Counted from the first letter of the stretch, positions 48,241 to 57,691 are shown. The stretch is 64,000 nucleotides of DNA from Elusimicrobiota bacterium (GCA_041694815.1 JBGFSC010000026.1:1-64000); one strand, 5' to 3'. Numbers and translations: made by a program. The notes: generated by a model from the letters alone, not told the origin.

Positions 48241-48857
48241 TATGGTTTTTCAAAAAACCAATACGTTATATCGTCCCAACCGGTTTTTCGCGCCAGAAAG
48301 CCTTTTTTACGTAATTTGAGCTCGGGAAAGAATTGGCGATATAGCGCTCCAAAATCGCGCTTAAACAACGCGCCATCTTGTCCTCGGTAGGGTACCGCCG
48401 TGGGCTGAGACGCGTAATATTCGCCGCACAGGATATAGCGATTGGAACAACGGTATATCTCGGACATGACTACAGGGAGGGATTCTGCGGGTAGATGGAT
48501 GAGAACGCCCATCGTAAAGACCAAATCGAAATGGCGGTCCCGAAAAGGCAGCTGACGAGCAGGGGAATAAAGCGCATTTATCCTCGGAAATTGCCGATGG
48601 AGCTTCTCGATAGCTCCTCGATTGATATCGACGCCGAAGGTCGATTCTGGGGGGATGAATTCGGCGATCCAGCGCAGGTTGCCTCCGACATTGCAGCCGA
48701 CCTCAAGGCAGTTGCGTAGCTCAACTCGTTGCAAGAGGCTTTTCCAGAAAGGGCGTCTGTTGGAATAGGCATCGCTGTTGCGGCTTGTATAGGCATCGCC
48801 AAAGTTTCCGGTCCAAAGCCGCTCGAGCCGTTTTGTTTCAGAAAGCGTTCTTGCCAT
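48240..48857 (-). CDS. pseudaminic acid biosynthesis-associated methylase
   Basis: W.GNFG.AY..RN, LEVGCNVG.NL, FTMGVLIH, EYY, YRG..LFKRDF. Confidence 0.87.
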   Translation of the reverse strand: MARTLSETKRLERLWTGNFGDAYTSRNSDAYSNRRPFWKSLLQRVELRNCLEVGCNVGGNLRWIAEFIPPESTFGVDINRGAIEKLHRQFPRINALYSPARQLPFRDRHFDLVFTMGVLIHLPAESLPVVMSEIYRCSNRYILCGEYYASQPTAVPYRGQDGALFKRDFGALYRQFFPELKLRKKGFLARKTGWDDITYWFFEKP

Positions 48858-48859
48858 GA

Positions 48860-49615
48860 TTATATCCTTACCGGGAAGTTTTGGCCGCGCAGGTATTGTT
48901 TCGCCTCGAGCGGCGTCTGTTGCGTAAAATGGAATATGCTCGCGGCGGCCACGGCCGAGGCGCCGCCCTCGCGGAGCGCCTGGGCCATGTGCTCATATCC
49001 GCCGGCTCCCCCGGACGCTATAACGGGTATCCCGACCGAGTTCGAGACGGCGCGCAACAGGCCTATATCGTATCCCGTCATGGTCCCATCGCGATCGATC
49101 GATGTCAGCAGTATCTCACCGACGCCGGCCTCCTCTAAATCACGCGCCATATCGACGACGTTATGCCCTGTCGCTTTCGTCCCGGAATGCGTCCAAACCT
49201 CCCATCCGTCTGCCGTTGCTTTGGCGTCCAAGGACGCCACGATGCACTGGGATCCGAACCGGTTTGCCATTTCCCGAATAAGAGCTGTATTTTCCACCGC
49301 CGCCGTGTTTAACGCGACCTTGTCAGCGCCCACGGCCAAGAGGCGGCAGACATCATCAACGGAACGGATGCCGCCCCCTACGGTCAGAGGCATGAAGCAC
49401 TCGTCGGCGAAGTCGTCGACGAGCTCGAAATCGGGCCTGCGGCCCTCTAGGGTCGCCATGATATCGAGGAAAACCAACTCGTCTACTTGGCGAAGGTTGT
49501 AGACCTTTATGGCCTGCATGAGGGCTCCGACGCGCCTGGTGTTATCGAATTGCCTGCCTTTTACCAGGCCGGTTTCTTTATAAAGAAGAGTGGGCATGAC
49601 GCGTATCTTCAGCAC
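48860..49615 (-). CDS. HisF-like cyclase paralog for acetamidino sugar modification (WbuZ-like)
   Basis: DELVFLDI, MPLTVGGG, SIDRDGT; next to an N-acetyl sugar amidotransferase. Confidence 0.85.
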   Translation of the reverse strand: MLKIRVMPTLLYKETGLVKGRQFDNTRRVGALMQAIKVYNLRQVDELVFLDIMATLEGRRPDFELVDDFADECFMPLTVGGGIRSVDDVCRLLAVGADKVALNTAAVENTALIREMANRFGSQCIVASLDAKATADGWEVWTHSGTKATGHNVVDMARDLEEAGVGEILLTSIDRDGTMTGYDIGLLRAVSNSVGIPVIASGGAGGYEHMAQALREGGASAVAAASIFHFTQQTPLEAKQYLRGQNFPVRI

Positions 49616-49620
49616 GGGGA

Positions 49621-50238
49621 TTAAAGAGTAAGGAAATTCCTGAGCACCGAGAAGCCGGCCCGTTGGCTCTTCTCAGGATGAAACTGCACGCCGAAGATGT
49701 TGTCGCGAGCGACCGCAGACACGAACTCCCCGCAGTAAGGGGTCCGCGCCGCGATGGCCGCCGGTTCCTTGCAGTCGAAATGAAAACTGTGGGTAAAATA
49801 GAAATCGGTGCCCGACGGAATTCCGCGGCCAAGCAGGGCGCCGGGCTTAAACACAACATCATTCCAACCCACGTGCGGGATCCTTTCGGTCGGCGATACA
49901 GGCACTAACCTCTGGGTAGTTCCAGGGAGCCAATTGAGTCCTCGCGCCCCTCCTCCTTCGGCTCCGGCCGCGGCGATCAATTGCATGCCGAGGCAGATGC
50001 CGAGAAAGGGGACCTTCTTTTCAAGCACCCGCTCGCTCAGGGCTTCCCGTAGGCCGCGTTCCTGCAGGCGACGAACGCCTTCCGTGAAAGATCCTATGCC
50101 CGGTAGGATGATTGCAGCCGCGTCCTTAAGGTCCCGTCCATCCGATACGACGAATGGACGGGCGCCGCACTCCTCGAGTGCGCGCCGCACCGAATCGACA
50201 TTGCTGACGCCGTAATCAACGATGGCAACGCGCGTCAC
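49621..50238 (-). CDS. HisH-like glutamine amidotransferase (WbuY-like)
   Basis: LPGIGSF, GICLGMQ, PHVGWN, QFHPEKS. Confidence 0.88.
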   Translation of the reverse strand: MTRVAIVDYGVSNVDSVRRALEECGARPFVVSDGRDLKDAAAIILPGIGSFTEGVRRLQERGLREALSERVLEKKVPFLGICLGMQLIAAAGAEGGGARGLNWLPGTTQRLVPVSPTERIPHVGWNDVVFKPGALLGRGIPSGTDFYFTHSFHFDCKEPAAIAARTPYCGEFVSAVARDNIFGVQFHPEKSQRAGFSVLRNFLTL

Positions 50239-51419
50239 GGAGAGCCTACGGGCGTTTTTTCGATAACGGACACGTTGTCGTAATTGATCTTGGTGAGATT
50301 GCCTTCCCTATCCTTCACCAAATTTCCACGGCTGTCGCGAAGAAATAGCTTTTTGTTGGTGAATCGATCGCAGATGCTCGAAAATTCCGCGATGTCCATG
50401 TTCAGGTCGCGTAGGATCTCCTCTAAAGGGCAGTCGAGATAGGTCCACGGGAATTTGCCGTCGAGTTTTTGCACCAGTTTAATGGCATCTGAGCGAGAAA
50501 GGCGGCCCCGCCGGACATGGAGTGAAGCGATGTCCGACGCGCGACCGAAGCCAAACTTCAGAAACTTGAAATAGTCGTGAATCCCCGTCTGATGATTGTC
50601 GAGATTTTCATAATTAACCAGCGAGCCTTCGACGGTATGAGGCAGCGTCTCGAAGCCATGTGCCTGAGCGATCAATGCGTTCTGGTATCCGTCCCAAGGA
50701 AGGTAGTAGCCCAAGAACAGGCCCGTCACGCCAACGCGGCGCAGCTCCTCGTCTGAGGGATAGCTGTACTGAATCAGGTGCTTCTGCTCAATCCCTTCCT
50801 GCCCAATGAGATCGGTGACACGCAGGCCTAAGAGGCCGCCGAATTCTTCAAGCCATCGTCGCGTCAAGACGTTATTTTCGGATGCTGAAGCGGGCCCGCC
50901 ATATTCGTCCTGGGAATTTTCGCCCCATACGAGGAGGGATACCCCGGCCTGAACCGCGACCCGAACCGGAATGGTAAAAATGGTCACATGTTCAGGCCAT
51001 GAAATATCTCCTATCTGGGAAAGGGCAAGCCGGTTGATGCGGCGACGCATGACCGGATTAACGGAAATTTCGAGGTAATCTACTCCGAGTCGTTTGATGT
51101 TTTCGATGTTCCTTCGTCCGACAGCGGAAAGCTTGTCGGTGGTGGCGGTTACGCAAAGGGGATTCATGCCCAGCTCGAGCATCCGGATGACCTGGTACGT
51201 GCTGTCCTTGCCGCCGCTGACCGGCACGATGCAATCGTAGTTCGACCCGTCCTTCGAACGATAGCGCTCCAGCAGGGCCAGCAGCTCCTCGCGCCTCTTG
51301 TCCCAGTTTACAATCTTGCGCCTCTCGTAGTGTCTGCAGGCGGAGCAAACACCCTCCGCGTCCATGAATAGGTCCGGTTTCGTATCGGGAAGCACGCAGC
51401 GAGTGCAGTAGCGGATCAT
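50235..51419 (-). CDS. N-acetyl sugar amidotransferase (WbuX/PseA/WbpG-like)
   Basis: CTRC..P.TKP..CSAC, VSGGKDS (PP-loop), GEN..EYGG, LKFGFGRA. Confidence 0.9.
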   Translation of the reverse strand: MIRYCTRCVLPDTKPDLFMDAEGVCSACRHYERRKIVNWDKRREELLALLERYRSKDGSNYDCIVPVSGGKDSTYQVIRMLELGMNPLCVTATTDKLSAVGRRNIENIKRLGVDYLEISVNPVMRRRINRLALSQIGDISWPEHVTIFTIPVRVAVQAGVSLLVWGENSQDEYGGPASASENNVLTRRWLEEFGGLLGLRVTDLIGQEGIEQKHLIQYSYPSDEELRRVGVTGLFLGYYLPWDGYQNALIAQAHGFETLPHTVEGSLVNYENLDNHQTGIHDYFKFLKFGFGRASDIASLHVRRGRLSRSDAIKLVQKLDGKFPWTYLDCPLEEILRDLNMDIAEFSSICDRFTNKKLFLRDSRGNLVKDREGNLTKINYDNVSVIEKTPVGSP

Positions 51420-52486
51420 TGGAGCTCGCCGTTACCGTCGATCAGTTCCCACGAGAGGGGGGTGCCGGCAGCCACGGCGCACCGCGCCCTTTTCCCTAGC
51501 ACTTGAGGGAGATTGCGCGGATGCAAGCCATGGGCCGGTCGAATGCAGCGGAGGTTTCTTTCGGTGAACCTCTCGCCAGGCTTGATATCCTCTGCCACGA
51601 AGAGCGAACGACGGAATATCCGGCACGGGATTTCGGCTTTGCTGGGCCCGTAACGGATCGATCCGAGCGCGGCCTCGGCCGTACGGATCGCCGAGACCAT
51701 TGCCTTGAACTCAGACGCCTCTAAAGAGAAGGCGCTGTCGGGGGTCTGCCGCGCCCGGGAGAGAGTTATATGTTTTTCTAGGATGGTCGCGCCAAGCGCC
51801 ACCGCCGTAACCGGCACCACGGTATCCAAGGTGTGGTCCGAGAAGCCGATGGGAACCCCAAAAGTCCCTGCGAGATGAGGAATTGTCCGGAGGTTGGTTT
51901 GATCCGCCGGCGTCGGGTAGGCACTCGTGCATTTTAGCAGCGCGAGCTGTCGGCACCCCGCGCCTTGAAGAGTGGCGACGGCCTCCTCGATCTCGGCGAG
52001 TGTCGCCATGCCGGTGGAGATGATGACGGGCTTGCCGGTTTCCGCGACTCGGCGAAGCAGCGGCAAATCCACTAGTTCGAAAGAGGCTATTTTGTATGCC
52101 GGAACATCCAGTTGCTTAAGGAAATCTACGGCCGAGGCGTCGAAGGGGGTCGAAAAGAAGTCCAGGCTAAGTTCTCTGGCGCGACGCTGGAGAGGCGCGT
52201 GCCATTCCCATGGGGTCTGTGCTTTCTGATAAAGGTCATGTAACGTCGCCCCACCCCAAATTGTGTCGCGGATCTGAAAGTATTTCCTATTCGAGGGAAG
52301 CGTCATCGTCTCGGGGGTATAGGTTTGGAGTTTGATCGCGTCTGCTCCAGCCGCCTTAGCCGCTTCGAGGATTTTTACGGCTTGATCATAATCGCCGCCG
52401 TGGTTGGCTGACATCTCGGCGATGATGTAGACCGGTCTTTGCGGGCCAATTTCACGGGCTCCGATATTGATGTGGGAAAAAGTCAC
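51416..52486 (-). CDS. pseI: pseudaminic acid synthase
   Basis: IAEMSANH, KLQTY, TPWEWH, KIASFE, LKCTSAYP, SDHT, EKH, C-terminal SAF domain. Confidence 0.92.
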   Translation of the reverse strand: MTFSHINIGAREIGPQRPVYIIAEMSANHGGDYDQAVKILEAAKAAGADAIKLQTYTPETMTLPSNRKYFQIRDTIWGGATLHDLYQKAQTPWEWHAPLQRRARELSLDFFSTPFDASAVDFLKQLDVPAYKIASFELVDLPLLRRVAETGKPVIISTGMATLAEIEEAVATLQGAGCRQLALLKCTSAYPTPADQTNLRTIPHLAGTFGVPIGFSDHTLDTVVPVTAVALGATILEKHITLSRARQTPDSAFSLEASEFKAMVSAIRTAEAALGSIRYGPSKAEIPCRIFRRSLFVAEDIKPGERFTERNLRCIRPAHGLHPRNLPQVLGKRARCAVAAGTPLSWELIDGNGELQ

Positions 52487-53511
52487 TGGGGCTCGAGCAT
52501 TGCGAGGAATTGCTTTTTAGTAAGCCGTCGGCCGTTCGCGCTGGTGTATTGAAATCCGGGCGGAACTTTTTTTCCGTTCCATTTCGAGCCGTCCCACCAT
52601 GGAAAGAGCGGCGTGATGACGAAGAAATCGCCGGCATCGAGGGTCTGCGCCGCCTCATGCTCCGTGACGAGGCATTCATGGATTTTTTCGCCGGGTCGAA
52701 CTCCGACCACCTTGAGATTGCATTCGGGGGCGAGGGTCTTGGCCACATCGATCACCGACAGGCTGCCGACTTTAGGCACGAATATCTCACCACCATGCAT
52801 GCAAGAGAGAGCGGTGAGCACAAGCTCGACCCCCATATCGAGGGTCAGCCAGAATCGAGTCATCCGTTTATCGGTGACAGGGAGAACTCCATCCTTGCGT
52901 TTATCCAAGAAAAATGGGACCACGCTGCCGCGGCTGCCTATCACGTTCCCGTAGCGCACGACGGCAAAGCGGGTCCCTTCCCCGCCGGAATATGAATTTC
53001 CTGCTACGAAAAGTTTTTCGAGACAGAGTTTTGTCGCGCCGTAAAGATTCACTGGGTTGGCAGCTTTGTCGGTCGACAAGGCCACGACTCTCTTTACTCC
53101 GCAGTCGATCGCGGCGTCGATTATGTTTTGGCCGCCAAGAATATTAGTCTGGACGGCTTCAAACGGATTATATTCCAAGGTGGGCACCTGCTTGAGGGCC
53201 GCGGCATGAACCACGAAATCTACTCCATGGAAGGCGCGTCTGAGGCGCTCGCGGTCGCGAATATCACCGATGAAATATCGGATACGGGATTCCGGATCAC
53301 TGAGAGCCTGATGCATATTAAATTGCTTTAATTCGTCCCGGCTGAATACAATAATCCGTTTCGCTCCAGTTTTTAGTAAACGTTTTATAAAACGTTGGCC
53401 AAAGGAGCCCGTGCCTCCCGTGACTAGAATGCTTTTCCCGGTTAAAAACGACGTTGTCGGGTTTCGAAAGGAGTTTGTTTTAGAGCTTGGTTGAGGCATG
53501 GATGTCGGCAC
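52483..53511 (-). CDS. pseB: UDP-N-acetylglucosamine 4,6-dehydratase (inverting)
   Basis: TGGTGSFG, SRDELKQ, HAAALKQVP, STDKA.NP.NLYGATK, RYGNV.GSRGSV, MTRFW. Confidence 0.93.
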   Translation of the reverse strand: MPTSMPQPSSKTNSFRNPTTSFLTGKSILVTGGTGSFGQRFIKRLLKTGAKRIIVFSRDELKQFNMHQALSDPESRIRYFIGDIRDRERLRRAFHGVDFVVHAAALKQVPTLEYNPFEAVQTNILGGQNIIDAAIDCGVKRVVALSTDKAANPVNLYGATKLCLEKLFVAGNSYSGGEGTRFAVVRYGNVIGSRGSVVPFFLDKRKDGVLPVTDKRMTRFWLTLDMGVELVLTALSCMHGGEIFVPKVGSLSVIDVAKTLAPECNLKVVGVRPGEKIHECLVTEHEAAQTLDAGDFFVITPLFPWWDGSKWNGKKVPPGFQYTSANGRRLTKKQFLAMLEPQ

Positions 53512-53535
53512 GTAGTATTCTCCTCGTGGATACTG

Positions 53536-53581
53536 TGTTCAAATCCTGAACATTATACGGTTAAAACCATGTTTTCGTCAA
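53536..53581 (-). promoter_or_regulatory. sigma70 promoter of the pse operon with palindromic operator (copy 3)
   Basis: Minus-strand TTGACG-18 nt-TATAAT, immediately followed by TGTTCA-N5-TGAACA (53536-53552); RBS GAGGAG before GTG 53511. Confidence 0.8.
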
Positions 53582-53594
53582 GGATTGCCGGGAT

Positions 53595-54527
53595 CTAAGG
53601 TAAGTGTCGGCGGACGAGGTAGAGGGGTCGCGCCTTGCTCTCCTCGTACATGCGGCCGATGTACTCGCCGATGACGCCGAGCAGGATCAGCTGGATGCTG
53701 TTCATGAACATGGTGAATAGTATCAGGGAGGCCCAGCCCTTGATCGTGGCGTGGCGGAAGAAATAGTTGTAGAGGATGAAGGCGGCGTAGGCGACGTTGA
53801 CCGCGAGCACGAAAAGGCCGAGCCAGAGGGCCGCGCGCAGGGGCTTGACCGAAAACGATAGGATCCCGTCGACTCCCATGCGCAGCATCTTGCGCCAGGT
53901 GTACTTGGAGCCGCCGGCGGCGCGCCGGGGGGCCGAGAAGGGTACGGAGGCCTCGGGCATGCCGAGCCAGCCGATCATCCCGCGCAGGAAGCGGTTTCTC
54001 TCCTTCATCGACTTGAGGGCCTCGACCGCCTGCCGGTCCAGTAGTCGGAAATCGGCCGCGTTGGCGGCGATCGGCGTCGAGGAGAGTGCGTTGACGACGC
54101 GGTAGTACAGCGCGGAGCTCCATTTCTTGGGAAGCCCCACCCCTTCGGTGTCTTCCCGCACGGCGTGCACGACCTTCGCCCCCGAGCGCCAATGCTCGAG
54201 CAGCCGGGGAATGAGCTCTGGCGGGTGCTGCAGGTCCGCGTCCATCGTGACCACCGCCTCGCCCGAGGCGAAGTCGAGGCCGGCCGACAAGGCCGTCTGA
54301 TGCCCGAAATTGCGGGTCAAGAGCAGGGCCCGCACGGAGCCGTCCTTGCGGGAGAGCTCCTCGAGCAGCGCGGCCGTGCGGTCGACGGAGCCGTCGTCGA
54401 CGTAGAGGATCTCGTAGCGGACGCCGAGCGGGCGCAGGACTCCCGAGAGCCTCGCATGGAACTCGGGCAGCACCGGCTCCTCGTTGTAGACGGGGGCGAC
54501 GACGGAAAGAAGGGGGGAGTCGGGCAC
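53595..54527 (-). CDS. GT2 polyprenol-phosphate glycosyltransferase (GtrB/ArnC-like)
   Basis: PVYNE, VDDGS, RNFGHQ, MDADLQHPP, DFRLLDR, two C-terminal TM helices, GEYIGR. Confidence 0.92.
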   Translation of the reverse strand: MPDSPLLSVVAPVYNEEPVLPEFHARLSGVLRPLGVRYEILYVDDGSVDRTAALLEELSRKDGSVRALLLTRNFGHQTALSAGLDFASGEAVVTMDADLQHPPELIPRLLEHWRSGAKVVHAVREDTEGVGLPKKWSSALYYRVVNALSSTPIAANAADFRLLDRQAVEALKSMKERNRFLRGMIGWLGMPEASVPFSAPRRAAGGSKYTWRKMLRMGVDGILSFSVKPLRAALWLGLFVLAVNVAYAAFILYNYFFRHATIKGWASLILFTMFMNSIQLILLGVIGEYIGRMYEESKARPLYLVRRHLP

Positions 54528-54555
54528 GGCGTTGGCATTATAGTATACTTTCGAT

Positions 54556-54987
54556 ATGACGATAGCCGCGCTCAGCTGGGAGGAGATCCGCGTCGGTCAG
54601 AAGGCCGGCTTGAGCGTGCGCGTGACGCCCGAGCTCGTCGACTCCTTCGCGCGGCTGACCGGCGACGTCAACCCGCTGCACCTGTCGCCGGAGTTCGCCC
54701 GCAAAAAAGGCTTCCAAGACCGGCTCGCGCACGGCCTGCTCGTCTCCTCCTTCTTTTCGGCCATCGCCGGCACGATGCTTCCGGGCCGCGACTGCATCCT
54801 CCACTACGCCCGCTTCGACTACAAAAAGCCGGTGTTCGTCGGCTCCGAGCTGAAATTGGAGGCCGAGGTCGTCCAGAAGGTCGAGGCCTTCAAGGTGTTG
54901 ATGCTGCAGATATCCGCTTTCGACGACAAGGGCGCGCTGGTCTTAGGCGGCCGCCTTCAGGCCGGACTGCTTGCCGATGCCGCCTGA
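54556..54987 (+). CDS. MaoC-like hotdog dehydratase
   Basis: FARLTGDVNPLHL, LAHG, LPG, KPVFVG. Confidence 0.9.
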   Translation: MTIAALSWEEIRVGQKAGLSVRVTPELVDSFARLTGDVNPLHLSPEFARKKGFQDRLAHGLLVSSFFSAIAGTMLPGRDCILHYARFDYKKPVFVGSELKLEAEVVQKVEAFKVLMLQISAFDDKGALVLGGRLQAGLLADAA

Positions 54988-55693
54988 GGTCTTCTTGATC
55001 ACGGGAGCGAGCCGCGGCATCGGCGCGGCGATCGCCCAAGAGCTGGCCGCGCCCGGCCGGACAATGCTCGTCAATTACCGCCGCTCCGCGAAGGCGGCCG
55101 CCGCCGTCCGGCGCGCGGTGGAGCAGCGGGGCGCCGCCTGCCGGCTCGTGCGCGCCGATGTCAGCGAGGCTAAGGCGGTCGACGCCCTTTTCTCGGGCAT
55201 CGCCCGCCGCGAGGGCCGCCTCGATGTCTTGGTCTCCAACGCCGGGATTCCTTTCCTTTATAAGAGGGTGCATGAGATCGATCCTGCCGAGTTTAAGGCC
55301 CAATGGAGCGTGCAGGCCGAGGCGGCCTTCCTGTTGGCCCGGCGCGCCGCGCCGATGATGATCCGCCAAAAAAGCGGTCGCATCGTGTTCGTGCTCTCGG
55401 GCGTCACCGTCGGGGCTACTCCCGCCTTCATGGCCGCCTACGTCAGCGCGAAATACGCCGCGCTGGGCCTGGCCAAGGCCTTGGCGGCAGAACTCGGACC
55501 CAAGGGCATCGGGGTCTTTTGCGTGTCTCCCGGGATGACCGAGACCGATTTCATCAAGGATTTCCCGAGGCCGATCGTAGAGGCCGAGCGCGAGCAAGGC
55601 CTGCTCAAGCCCGCAGACGTCGCGGGGGCCGTGAGGGATCTCCTGGCGCTGGCTCCCTCGGCGAATCTGGAGAATCGGCTTGTCGCCGCTTAA
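54977..55693 (+). CDS. SDR ketoreductase (FabG-like)
   Basis: ITGASRGIG, SNAG, YVSAK, VSPGMTET. Confidence 0.9.
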   Translation: MPPEVFLITGASRGIGAAIAQELAAPGRTMLVNYRRSAKAAAAVRRAVEQRGAACRLVRADVSEAKAVDALFSGIARREGRLDVLVSNAGIPFLYKRVHEIDPAEFKAQWSVQAEAAFLLARRAAPMMIRQKSGRIVFVLSGVTVGATPAFMAAYVSAKYAALGLAKALAAELGPKGIGVFCVSPGMTETDFIKDFPRPIVEAEREQGLLKPADVAGAVRDLLALAPSANLENRLVAA

Positions 55694-57451
55694 ATGAAGC
55701 GCTCCGCGGAAGAGATCAGAAAGGCCGCGGAAAGCGGCGATTACTTGACCCAGCTTTCGGCGCATAAATCCTTGCGCGAGCTTCTCAAGGAAGATTCGGC
55801 GGCCTCGGGGCTGCAGCCGCTGCGCCTGGCCGTCCTGGGCTCGAGCACCACGGCTCAGCTGATCCCGTTGCTCGAGCTGCACTGTTTTAAGGAGGGACTG
55901 CTCGCCGAGATTTACGAGTCGCCCTTCGACCAGTACCAGCAGGAGATACTCGATCCCTCCTCGCGGCTCTACGCCTTCCGTCCCCAGGCGGCGCTTCTTT
56001 TCGTCAATTACCGCGACGTCCGACCCGGCCCGACCCAGGTCGAGGCCGAGCGCTGGGTATCGCTATGGAGGACGCTCTCCGAGAAGGGCCGATGTTTCGT
56101 GATCGCCAATAACTTCGACCTTCCCGTCGAGCGTCCGGCGGGAAGCCTCGAGGGCGGCCTTGATCAGGGCGTCGGCCGGCTGCGGCGCTTGAACGCGCTC
56201 CTGGCCGAGCGGACGGGCCAAGGAGTCGCGCTGCTCGACGCCGAGCATCTGTCGGCCATGCTGGGAAAGGAGCGTTGGCATGACCCGCGCTTCTGGCATC
56301 ATTCGCGGCAGGCCGTCTCCTTCGAGGGCCTCACGCGCTACGCCGCCGAGGCTGCGGCGATGCTGCGCGCGGCGCTGGGGCGCTCCCGCAAATGCCTCGT
56401 CGTGGACCTAGACAACGTGCTCTGGGGCGGGATCGTCGGCGAGGACGGCGTCGCGGCCCTGGAGCTGGGGGACACGCCCCGCGGCGATGCCTTCCTTGAG
56501 TTCCAGCGTTACCTTAAGGCCCTCAAGCAGCGCGGGGTGCTTCTGGCCGCCTGCTCGAAGAACGACGAGGCCAACGCGAAGGAGCCCTTCGCGAAACGGC
56601 CCGAGATGCCGCTGCGCCTCGACGATTTCTCCGCCTTCGTGGCCAACTGGGAGGATAAGGCGACGAATCTGCGCTCCATCGCCTCCTCCTTGAATATCGG
56701 GCTCGACGCCTTGGTGTTCGTCGACGACAGCGCCGCGGAGTGCGAGATCGTGCGGCGCTTCTGCCCCGAGGTGGCCGTCTTGCAGATGCCCGAGGACCCC
56801 GCCGAGTACTGCCGGCTCCTCGATTCGCGGCGCTTCTTCGAGACGGTGTCGATCTCCGGCGAGGACGCTTCCCGAGCCGCGCATTTCGAGGCCGAGAAGA
56901 GCCGGCGGGCCCTGGAATCGGCGGCGCCGGACCTGAAATCCTTTTTGCGCGATCTGCGGATGCGCGCGACGGCGGAGCCCTTCAAGGAGGAGGACCTGGG
57001 CCGCATCGCGCAGTTGATCAACAAGACGAACCAGTTCAACCTCACCGCCCGAAGGCGCAACGAGGCGGAGCTGCGGGCCTTGATCAAGGACCCCTCGGCT
57101 CTGACCCTCTCGGTCCGGCTTCAGGACCGGCTGGGCGATTACGGGCTCATCGCCGTCTGCATCGGGCTTAAGCGCGGCGAAGAGGTCGAGATCGACTCTT
57201 GGCTCATGAGCTGCCGGGCCCTGGGCCGGGGTGTGGAGCAGTTCACCTTCACCCGGCTCGCGCAGGCGGCCTGGGAGGCGGGGGCCAAGTCCCTCCTCGG
57301 CCGCTACCTGCCGACGCCCAAGAACGGGATGGTCCGGGACCTCTATCCAAGCCTGGGATTTAAGCGCGAGGGAGAGCGCTGGAGGCTCGAGCTGCCGGCG
57401 CCGCCGGCGGAGGCATTCATCAGCGATGGATCCGCGATCGCTGCATCATAG
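55694..57451 (+). CDS. FkbH-like HAD-IIIC glyceryl transferase/phosphatase
   Basis: KCLVVDLDNVLWGG..GEDG, CSKN, FVDD, KTNQFN, DRLGDYG, MSCR. Confidence 0.93.
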   Translation: MKRSAEEIRKAAESGDYLTQLSAHKSLRELLKEDSAASGLQPLRLAVLGSSTTAQLIPLLELHCFKEGLLAEIYESPFDQYQQEILDPSSRLYAFRPQAALLFVNYRDVRPGPTQVEAERWVSLWRTLSEKGRCFVIANNFDLPVERPAGSLEGGLDQGVGRLRRLNALLAERTGQGVALLDAEHLSAMLGKERWHDPRFWHHSRQAVSFEGLTRYAAEAAAMLRAALGRSRKCLVVDLDNVLWGGIVGEDGVAALELGDTPRGDAFLEFQRYLKALKQRGVLLAACSKNDEANAKEPFAKRPEMPLRLDDFSAFVANWEDKATNLRSIASSLNIGLDALVFVDDSAAECEIVRRFCPEVAVLQMPEDPAEYCRLLDSRRFFETVSISGEDASRAAHFEAEKSRRALESAAPDLKSFLRDLRMRATAEPFKEEDLGRIAQLINKTNQFNLTARRRNEAELRALIKDPSALTLSVRLQDRLGDYGLIAVCIGLKRGEEVEIDSWLMSCRALGRGVEQFTFTRLAQAAWEAGAKSLLGRYLPTPKNGMVRDLYPSLGFKREGERWRLELPAPPAEAFISDGSAIAAS

Positions 57452-57677
57452 GCTGGAAAGGATATTCAGGACGGTGTTCGACCGGGAGGAGCTTCTTCTC
57501 TCCGACTCCATGGCGGCCAAGGACATCGAGGGCTGGGATTCGCTGGCCCAGATCAACCTCGTCGTAGGCGCCGAGGCCGAGTTCGGGGTGCGCTTTCAGA
57601 CGGCCGAGATTCGGGCGCTTAGGAATGTGGGGGAGTTTAAGGCGTTGATTGCGAAGAAGCTAGGAAGTTCAGCGTAA
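57426..57677 (+). CDS. acyl carrier protein
   Basis: GWDSL phosphopantetheine site, EFGVRF; start moved to ATG 57426. Confidence 0.9.
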   Translation: MDPRSLHHRLERIFRTVFDREELLLSDSMAAKDIEGWDSLAQINLVVGAEAEFGVRFQTAEIRALRNVGEFKALIAKKLGSSA

Positions 57678-57691
57678 TTCCCGCTCCCAAG

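Noticed and set aside
48860..50238. hisF/hisH as histidine biosynthesis genes
   Set aside because: They are coupled to an N-acetyl sugar amidotransferase inside the pse block and no other his genes are present; this is the acetamidino-modification trio.
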